Below, piece by piece: positions 54,099-64,000 of a stretch of DNA of 64,000 nt. Source of the DNA: Eledone cirrhosa (lineage: Eukaryota); assembly GCA_964016885.1 (NCBI GenBank), contig OZ024744.1:112592001-112656000 (forward strand). Direction: 5' to 3'. The notes under the pieces were generated by a model. That model had not been told where the DNA came from, did no database searches, and saw nothing but the letters and a program-made list of their open reading frames with translations. Each line of letters starts with the position of its first letter. Position 1 is the first letter of the stretch. Both the position numbers and the translations under genes were made by a program.

Positions 54099-54287
54099 CT
54101 AATAATTTTTGAGGGAAGCCAACATACTCGCAGCGTTACCTCGGGTGAAGGCGAGGCTGAGGTACTGGAACAACCAAGCGCTTTCACGAGCTTCACCAGT
54201 TTCCTCTGTTAGGCGAGCCGCCAGTGCAGATAAGAATCTTGCAGTCAGTAGCCCGACTCCCCCAAACTTCTCGAACGTATAAGCCAA
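54099..54287 (-). pseudogene. C-terminal relic of a CRE-like (RLE) non-LTR element
   Basis: ...ETGEARESAWLFQYLSLAFTRGNAASML resembles the QRLSxAxQRGNA C-terminal motif. Confidence 0.6.
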
Positions 54288-54289
54288 AC

Positions 54290-54938
54290 TCGCTGTCTTC
54301 CTGGTATTCCTGCCAACTCTTACCGAGGATCATAAATCTTGAGTAATGACCAAAAGAATACAATTGCAAATAAAAGGGGCAGAAATGGGATTCCTCCGAA
54401 GGGTCTTTGGAGTAACGTTACTCGATAAAGTGCATAGCTCAGAGACCAGAGAGTCACTCCTGGTAGAGCCGCCACTTCTCCGAATTGAGAGATCACAACT
54501 CCGATATTATGAGCATGTGGTTAGAATGTCTCAGTAAAGAATTGCTAGACACATTTTACCTATCTAAGGCGGGTAAAATTCCCCGAGATCCATGGACGAG
54601 TTCTCTCCAGCGGTCTCTGTCCCTCATTATCGCTGCCATGTCCTGCGTCTCCAACAGACCAGTGTCTGTCCTTAGGGCATCAACATACGTTAACCTTGGT
54701 CTTCCCCTTCTAGTGTGTCCATGTAGACACATTTTACAGGCAAAACCAACCGGCAAGAGACCCAGAGGTAGACCCTAAGCAAGATAGTTGGATAACATCC
54801 ATGAGCTTGGCTGGTCACACTTTGGGATCCAGCTGGATCAGTTAGAGATGTTTGCTACTAACAGACTCTCTGGAAGGAGTGTCTGAGAAGGACTCTGCTC
54901 CCGCGACCCTCTCAGAAATAAGTCGGTGAAGAAGAAGA
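54290..54938 (+). mobile_element. RTE-clade 3' relic with (GAA)n tail, interrupted by an antisense LINE 3' fragment (54560-54723)
   Basis: AEMGFLRR, SQLRYYEHV and GKRPRGRP motifs; the insert is flanked by the direct repeat tagacacattttac. Confidence 0.8.
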
Positions 54939-56084
54939 TATTGTCAATTTACTTTTCAATTTACATATATCTATATGCATATATATTTGTGTATAAAACC
55001 AATGTGCACACTACATATGCTAGCAGAAAACCGCTCGAAGGGCGGTGTTCTGCTAGCATACGTAAAGACTCACTCCACCCCTCTCTCTAACTAACTAAAA
55101 GCTAATATGTGTATTTCTATTTGTGTGTGTATATGTGTGTATTTTTCAGTGTGTGTGTGCGCTTCTGTATATCCAACAACGCAACCGACTTTAAAAAAAC
55201 CTTTCGTTATGATAGGTGAATGTTGTTGTTGTTAAGCTGACTCACTCACCAACGACTCCTTTTTCCGAAAATGGAGGCAGTGAGGGAAGGCGACCCTTGG
55301 AGTTAGATAAGCGCTTCACTGCCTTTTAAATTAATAGAAAAGCACCCGCTGGGGATCACGAAGAAGACTTTTATCCGAGGGTCTTTCCTATTTTCAACTA
55401 ATGTGACCTCCAGCATGTTCACAATAGGCTTTCTCCCCTCAAGCTGGATACGAGGCACGAGGGGGTACCTATAAAGTATGTGTACAAATACATCAACAAT
55501 GGTTGCGATGCTGCTATCTTTGCACTACAAAAATGGAATATGTTCGACAAGGTGACCGACTTCCAACATGGCCGATATATCAGTTGTAGAGAGGGGTGGA
55601 CAGAGTTTGACCCACTGATTTTCCCAGCCTAGGAGATTTCTTCCGTGGGAATTTTGTCTTTGTTAGGTTTTTTCATTTGTTTTTGACCGATCTATATCCG
55701 ACTCACTCACCAATGACTCCTTTTTTCCGAAAACGGAAGCAGGGAGTTAATGGGGCCCTCAGAATTACAGATAAGCACCTCTCAGCCGTTTACATTTATA
55801 GAAAAGCAATCCCATGATACTGAGGTATGTTTTGATCCTTCATCATTCTCTACTGTTGTGGAAAGTATTGTAAACTTAATCAAATTTTTCCCAATTTCAA
55901 AATCCCCCATTCCAACAAGGCTGTGTGAAAAAGCAATCCTTGCCCCCCCCCCCCCCAAAAAAAACATCACAAATTTTAAACACTCTGGAACGGTCCGGTA
56001 TGCTGTCACACAACCTTCAATTGAAGAAGGTCACAGCTATGATTGTGCAATGGGGCACGTATGGTTGTGACTGAGTTACAGCCT

Positions 56085-56275
56085 CACATTATCAAACTAA
56101 TATCCTCACTGGATGTGGTAAGGGAGACATCATATTTATACCTAGAATGCCGCTAATACCAACAGATGTCCCTTTTCCTTTCAAACGATTGCAATTCCCA
56201 GTGAGAGTCAGTTACGCAATGACTATTAACTAGTCCCAAGGTCAAACACTGCACGTTGTCGGTCTCCATTTAGAA
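56085..56275 (+). pseudogene. Helitron Pif1-like helicase C-terminal relic
   Basis: Manual translation LTGCGKGDIIFIPRMPLIPTDVPFPFKRLQFPVRVSYAMTIN*SQGQTL matches the Pif1 FP...AMTINKSQGQT motif. Confidence 0.85.
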
Positions 56276-57180
56276 AAGGGCTCCATTAAATGTAGGTTAT
56301 TCCAGACTAAGAAAATCCCACAAACTCTTCATATATACTAAAAAAAAAAAAGTTTAAAACATTGTATATACTGAAGTTCTGTAAATGTTTTATAATTTTC
56401 GTAGAATACATTTTTCTATTATTTTCTTTATTATTTTCTGTATTAAGATATTCTAAATAAATATTTAAAGTTATGTGATTACCTTTTAACATCTTTTATT
56501 TCAAGAAAAATTGGTATTACGATAGATGCCAATAGGTGCCTTATAAGTAGATTTAAGCACAGTACAGACCGAGGAGAAGTACAGGAGGTCGCTAATAGAT
56601 ACATAGATACACAATTTTCTATAAGAACATTTTGTTAAGTTACGTTACAAATAGCATCTTTATTATGAAATAATTAATGGTTTTATTAATTCCAAATACA
56701 GTGTACTTGTTTATAAATAGTGTAAGAGAAGTGTTGAGAAGTGCTGGGGTTGCTGTTGTTATACTTGTTCGGAAACAGGTAAATCACGATCAAATAGACA
56801 TACTCGTATGACCAAATACTTAACAGCCATGACCATCCTATCATTTTAGGTATATCTAAAACTATATTATTTCTTATGTTGTTCTACTCGTCTTCAGTTT
56901 CCTGGGAAAGATGGGGTGGTGAGCAAACTGTGTCATTAAATCTCCCTGAACATCAGTCCATTGTTTATTAACTCTTAACATCCTGCACCACATGAATCTA
57001 CATTAGCAAGGCTTACTTGCAAATAAAACACACAACTATAACTACATCATATTAAAAATTTAAAGTCTTTACTCTAATACTGCAAATGTTCACAACAATC
57101 TGCTCAATAATATTCTATAAACATTTGAATTAACAAAACACATAAAACCACATTAACAAGGCATTCTTAAAAAGTACAAA

Positions 57181-57523
57181 AATAATAATTGTTTCTACTT
57201 TAGGCACAAGGCCAGCAACCATCCAGTACATTACTGGTACTTTATTTTATCGACCCCCGTAAGGATGAAAGGCAAAGTTAACCTTGGCGGGATTTGAACT
57301 CAGACCGTAAAGGGACGTAACTATGCTAGAAATAATAATTGTTTCTACTTTTGGCACAAGGCCAGCAATTACCCAGTGTATTACTGGTACTTTATTTTAT
57401 CGACCCCATAAGGATGAAAGGCAAAGTTAACCTCGGCGGGATTTGAACTCAGAATGGCAAGGGCCGTAGCTCTATGCGTCAAAGCATGGCGTCCGACCCT
57501 CTACCGATACTGCCAATCCACTA
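57181..57523 (-). mobile_element. Two head-to-tail tRNA-derived SINEs (57181-57325 5'-truncated; 57331-57523 near full) with (ATT)n tails
   Basis: Minus strand has A-box-like tggcagtatcgg, B-box gagttcaaatcc and a central tttgcctttcatcctt...ggtcgataaaat block (Meta-domain-like, from memory). Confidence 0.85.
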
Positions 57524-58096
57524 ATAATATGACTGTATCGTATTAAGTATCAAAGTCTTTACATTAGGTCACAGCAAACTTTCACAACAATCTGTCCACT
57601 AGTAAAGATTCTATAAACATGTGAATTAACAAACCTATTTTTAGATATTTTCTGTTAAATCATTACAGGCTGTTAAAATTTGATGTTTTCCAGCTGTTGT
57701 TTTAACCCAATCCTGTGTATCTTTGGGCATTGTCCAATCTGCTTTTGTTGCACCTCTATGCCCTCACAGCTTCACGGACTTTGGTGATGTTAATCTAGTT
57801 CCCTAAAACACATTTCCATTCCCAGTGTCATTTTATATGAAAATGTGTGTGTGTGTATGTGTATGTGGGGGTGGTGTTATTTCTGATATAGGTTTCTTCT
57901 AGTTGATTGGTGGTTGACTTGACTGAAGGAGTGTAGATAGTGATAAATTCTGAATGGCGACGGAATAGAAGAAATCATCAGTTTGGAATGAATGAATAAA
58001 TAAATAAACACTACTATATTAATAAAACAAGTCTCCAATATTCTTCCTCCATTTTGTACCTTCTATACACATATGAGTGTGGTGTGACTATGTAGT

Positions 58097-58486
<390 letters not shown>

Positions 58487-58578
58487 TATGTATATATATA
58501 TATGTATGTATATATATATGTATATATATATGTATGTATATATATATGTATATATATATATGTATGTATATATATTTA

Positions 58579-58612
<34 letters not shown>

Positions 58613-58896
58613 TATATATGTATATATATATATATGTATGTATATATATATACATACATATATGTATATATATATGTATATATATACACATACATATATA
58701 TATATATATACCATAAACGTGGTCCTGTCTTTGCGTGTAATTGTTTTCACCGCTCCAAATAATGACGTATTATATTCGTTTTTTCCCGTTCTTTGCCAGG
58801 GAACGTTTCCACGAACCAAAGTATCATCTTCCTGTCTTCCTCCGGTTGCAACGTTTTTTGAAATATTCACTTCTGCGTTCACAGATTGACTTTGTT

Positions 58897-58947
58897 AGTT
58901 TCAGAAGATCCCGTTAAGGGTGAAAGCAGCGATTCTTTGCTTAAACT
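58897..58947 (+). ncRNA. Hammerhead-like motif with core substitution (CAGAAGA)
   Basis: agttt-CAGAAGA-t[ccc gttaa ggg]t-GAAA-gca...tgc-TT-aaact; all three stems pair; AATAAA downstream. Confidence 0.65.
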
Positions 58948-59056
58948 TTAATCTGTTATTTTAATAAATATGTATATATATATATATGTGTATATATATA
59001 TGTATGTGTATATATATATGTATGTATATATATATATGTATGTATATATATATATG

Positions 59057-59087
<31 letters not shown>

Positions 59088-59120
59088 GTGTGTGTGTGTA
59101 TGCATATATAGGTATGTATA

Positions 59121-59161
<41 letters not shown>

Positions 59162-59165
<4 letters not shown>

Positions 59166-62100
59166 ATGAAATGACAGGAGGCTGGATTTGTGTAAATCCT
59201 TGAAAGGTTTATTATACTATGATCATTTCAATGACCGGGTTCCGTATGAATCCGGTGATATCATCAGGTATTCGAAATATAATACGTGAATGTAATAGGT
59301 AAAATCCATGGGGCTGAAAATCGAGACCCGAGGGCGACCGCTATTCTGTTCCTTCAACCTCAGCCGGTCGCCCTGGAGTGACGTGGCCAAATTTTATAGT
59401 ATGCTACTACCGGTCAGATGAACGAAAACAGAAAGAGATGGGAGCATAGGTTAACGTCGATCCCATGACACAAAGGTAAAAGAAAGAAAGAAAGGAAGGA
59501 GAGGAAGGGGGAAGAAAGAAGAAGAGAAGTCAGGGTTAATGTCAGCTAAAAGAGGAAGGTAACTACTACTGGTCAGATATAGGCAAGCAAGAGGGGGAAG
59601 GAATATAAGTCTGCAGGGAGGAGGAGAGGAGAGAAGGAAGGGAAGAGAGAAGTAGAAAAGTAAGGGTTGATGGCTACAAGAAGGAAGATAGAAAGGATAG
59701 GATGAAGTTAAAAAAATTTAATAATCAATATTCAATATTAAAGAGGTTAGAAAATTTAAAGTTCAACAGTTTAACAATTAATTATATAATAGTTCCGATT
59801 TGTTCTGTAATTTAAGGGTACTATTTGGCGGTTAAAACAACGGCCGCTCCCCGGGCCCCATGGCGAATTAAGCCACGCCGAGTATTTTCATTTACTGAAA
59901 GAAGGGGAAATTTATTTTTCCAAGCACTCTAGGTGAGCTCGTTCGCCACGGAGCTGGTCGTGCCGCCATTAAAACCCACCCAACAGTCCGACAGAAAGTT
60001 GGAACTTTAAAATTTAGCTTAGAGAAGTAAAAGAGTAATGGTTGATAGCTACAAGAAGGAAGATAGAAAGAGAGAGGAAGGAAGGTCGATATTAATGTCA
60101 CACCACAGTCGGGCCAGGAGTGGCGCGACAAAATTTTCACAGGGACTCGCATCTTAGCAGAGGTGAATATAATGGGGGTCAGTGTGTTACAATGTTTAGA
60201 CTTATAGGATGAAGTTAAAAAATTAATAAATTAATAATCAATATTCCATATTAAAGAGGTTAGAAAACTTAAAGCTCAACAGTTTCAGGTTGATATATAT
60301 AATAGTTCCGATTTGTTCTGTAATTTAAAGGTACTATTTGGCGGTTAAAACACCGGCCGCGCCCCAGGCCCCATGGCTAATTAAGCCACGCCGAGTATTT
60401 TCATTTACTGAAAGAAGGGGAATTTATTTTTCCAAGCACTCCAGGTGAGCCCGTTCGCCAGGGAGCTGGTCGCGCCGCCGCTAAAACCCACCCAACGGTC
60501 CGACAGAGAGTTGGAACTTTAGAATTTTGCTTAACTCTATCGGATGAAGTTGAAAGAATTCAGAATAACACTATGAAACTAAGGAGTAAGAGGATTGAGA
60601 ATTGAACAAACAGAAAATTGAAGATTGGACATTCAAATAACTTCTATGAGGTTTTGGGTTGCGGGGTTTAATTAAATAGTCTTTTATGAAGAAACGTTAA
60701 TTGTATTATGTAGATCTGTAATTTATCCTAGTGGGATGTAGAGAAACGGGATATAGTCGTGTAATGTTTAATTTTTGTTCTCAGGAGGAGACATTCTAGT
60801 GTCGTGTGCTAATGGGTACAGGTCCCAACGTGAGGAGTAGAAATACATGGATACATAGAAGTGGAATACGTGGAAGAGCTAATGGGTACAGGTCCCAATG
60901 TGAGGGGTAGAAATACATGGATACATAGAAGTGGAATACGTGGAAGAGCACATTAGTACAGCAGAGGTATAAATATATAAACATATCAATATAGAGGTAT
61001 AAACATGTAAATAAACCAACAAGAGTGGTGTTGGAGTAAGATGGAGAAATCAGGACATTAATACAGCAAACAAAGATGTGAAGATATAGATAAACAAACA
61101 ATAGTCGTTGTCTAGTAAATGTAGAGTTCAAGAGACAGGAGAAATACAATATAGTTCGGGTTGCGGTATTTATGTTCCCAGGGGGAAATATTCCAGTGAC
61201 GTGTGCTGAGGGTACACGCGAGTAAAAGTCCGAATAAGGGAAGTAGAAAGTACATGGATGTATAGAGGTAGAATACGTGGAGGAGCATCAATACAGCGAA
61301 TAAAGATGTAAAGATATAAATAAACAAACAAGAGTCGTTGTCTATTAAATGGAGAGTTCAAGACACAGGAGAAATACAATATAGTTCAAGTTGCAGTCAG
61401 ATAATGCATATAGATGTGGAAACAGTGCGTGTTCGAGTCTGGGAGTTCAGTGTGAGTTATACATGCCCAGAAGTATAGGGTAGCCATTTAGTTAATTCAG
61501 TGCAGTACAATACATGTTATGGTCCAGTCCGTGGAGTTTCGTCGAAGTTCGGATATTCTGTGAGGGGAGTAGCAAAGGGCCAGGCGAAAGCACCGGGTAG
61601 CCAAAGTTCGAATTGTGGTTAGATATATTCAGTCCCATGCCGCTGTTGATTATTACATTTTGAAGTGCTCAACATTTCAGGAGCGTTATTTATTCAGGTT
61701 TGAGGTTCACCACTGTATAGACTCGAACACGCACTGTTTCCACATCTATATGCATTATCTGACTGCAACTTGAACTATATTGTATTTCTCCTGTGTCTTG
61801 AACTCTCCATTTAATAGACAACGACTCTTGTTTGTTTATTTATATCTTTACATCTTTATTCGCTGTATTGATGCTCCTCCACGTATTCTACCTCTATACA
61901 TCCATGTACTTTCTACTTCCCTTATTCGGACTTTTACTCGCGTGTACCCTCAGCACACGTCACTGGAATATTTCCCCCTGGGAACATAAATACCGCAACC
62001 CGAACTATATTGTATTTCTCCTGTCTCTTGAACTCTACATTTACTAGACAACGACTATTGTTTGTTTATCTATATCTTCACATCTTTGTTTGCTGTATTA

Positions 62101-63997
62101 ATGTCCTGATTTCTCCATCTTACTCCAACACCACTCTTGTTGGTTTATTTACATGTTTATACCTATATATTGATATGTTTATATATTTATACCTCTGCTG
62201 TACTAATGTGCTCTTCCACGTATTCCACTTCTATGTATCCATGTATTTCTACCCCTCACATTGGGACCTGTACCCATTAGCTCTTCCACGTATTCCACTT
62301 CTATGTATCCATGTATTTCTACTCCTCACGTTGGGACCTGTACCCATTAGCACACGACACTAGAATGTCTCCTCCTGAGAACAAAAATTAAACATTACAC
62401 GACTATATCCCGTTTCTCTACATCCCACTAGGATAAATTACAGATCTACATAATACAATTAACGTTTCTTCATAAAAGACTATTTAATTAAACCCCGCAA
62501 CCCAAAACCTCATAGAAGTTATTTGAATGTCCAATCTTCAATTTTCTGTTTGTTCAATTCTCAATCCTCTTACTCCTTAGTTTCATAGTGTTATTCTGAA
62601 TTCTTTCAACTTCATCCGATAGAGTTAAGCAAAATTCTAAAGTTCCAACTCTCTGTCGGACCGTTGGGTGGGTTTTAGCGGCGGCGCGACCAGCTCCCTG
62701 GCGAACGGGCTCACCTGGAGTGCTTGGAAAAATAAATTCCCCTTCTTTCAGTAAATGAAAATACTCGGCGTGGCTTAATTAGCCATGGGGCCTGGGGCGC
62801 GGCCGGTGTTTTAACCGCCAAATAGTACCTTTAAATTACAGAACAAATCGGAACTATTATATATATCAACCTGAAACTGTTGAGCTTTAAGTTTTCTAAC
62901 CTCTTTAATATGGAATATTGATTATTAATTTATTAATTTTTTAACTTCATCCTATAAGTCTAAACATTGTAACACACTGACCCCCATTATATTCACCTCT
63001 GCTAAGATGCGAGTCCCTGTGAAAATTTTGTCGCGCCACTCCTGGCCCGACTGTGGTGTGACATTAATATCGACCTTCCTTCCTCTCTCTTTCTATCTTC
63101 CTTCTTGTAGCTATCAACCATTACTCTTTTACTTCTCTAAGCTAAATTTTAAAGTTCCAACTTTCTGTCGGACTGTTGGGTGGGTTTTAATGGCGGCACG
63201 ACCAGCTCCGTGGCGAACGAGCTCACCTAGAGTGCTTGGAAAAATAAATTTCCCCTTCTTTCAGTAAATGAAAATACTCGGCGTGGCTTAATTCGCCATG
63301 GGGCCCGGGGAGCGGCCGTTGTTTTAACCGCCAAATAGTACCCTTAAATTACAGAACAAATCGGAACTATTATATAATTAATTGTTAAACTGTTGAACTT
63401 TAAATTTTCTAACCTCTTTAATATTGAATATTGATTATTAAATTTTTTTAACTTCATCCTATCCTTTCTATCTTCCTTCTTGTAGCCATCAACCCTTACT
63501 TTTCTACTTCTCTCTTCCCTTCCTTCTCTCCTCTCCTCCTCCCTGCAGACTTATATTCCTTCCCCCTCTTGCTTGCCTATATCTGACCAGTAGTAGTTAC
63601 CTTCCTCTTTTAGCTGACATTAACCCTGACTTCTCTTCTTCTTTCTTCCCCCTTCCTCTCCTTCCTTTCTTTCTTTCTTTTACCTTTGTGTCATGGGATC
63701 GACGTTAACCTATGCTCCCATCTCTTTCTGTTTTCGTTCATCTGACCGGTAGTAGCATACTATAAAATTTGGCCACGTCACTCCAGGGCGACCGGCTGAG
63801 GTTGAAGGAACAGAATAGCGGTCGCCCTCGGGTCTCGATTTTCAGCCCCATGGATTTTACCTATTACATTCACGTATTATATTTCGAATACCTGATGATA
63901 TCACCGGATTCATACGGAACCCGGTCATTGAAATGATCATAGTATAATAAACCTTTCAAGGATTTACACAAATCCAGCCTCCTGTCATTTCATTATA
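59162..63997. mobile_element. Fold-back unit 5: 2279-bp near-perfect inverted arms (59162-61440 / 61719-63997), 278-bp spacer, non-coding
   Basis: Arm coordinates sum to 123159 at both ends (no net indel), with internal direct repeats and terminal hammerheads. Confidence 0.92.
63888..63945 (+). ncRNA. Type I hammerhead ribozyme motif (mirror copy 59214-59271, minus)
   Basis: atac-CTGATGA-t...accgg/ccggt...t-GAAA-tgatca-TA-gtat then AATAAA; palindromic stem III. Confidence 0.8.
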
Positions 63998-64000
63998 ATA

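Noticed and set aside
59892-63267. Paired 69-117 aa ORFs in fold-back 5
   Set aside because: They have no recognisable domain and are duplicated only because of the inverted and internal repeats.

Overview
Eukaryotic, gene-free repeat DNA, probably an invertebrate animal; the SINE and RTE tails resemble octopus repeats from memory, which is unverified. No host gene is recognisable. The window has two domains. (1) 1-43.5 kb is a nest of non-LTR retrotransposons. Four Tx1-like (L1 superclade) families and R4/Dong-like elements sit in (AAT)n tracts and follow an opposite-strand rule. The nest includes a ~12.1 kb tandem duplication, an inversion junction at ~6437 and a PHD-bearing RTE fragment. 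All copies are truncated or disrupted. (2) 43.5-64 kb is (TA)n-rich. It holds five fold-back (inverted-repeat) Penelope-like or retrozyme-like units with 3' ends pointing outward, several hammerhead ribozyme motifs (four with an atypical U.U pair at the base of stem II), a GIY-YIG palindrome, a 40-bp satellite next to a gap, tRNA-SINEs whose tail matches the Tx1 3' end, and Helitron, CRE and RTE relics.
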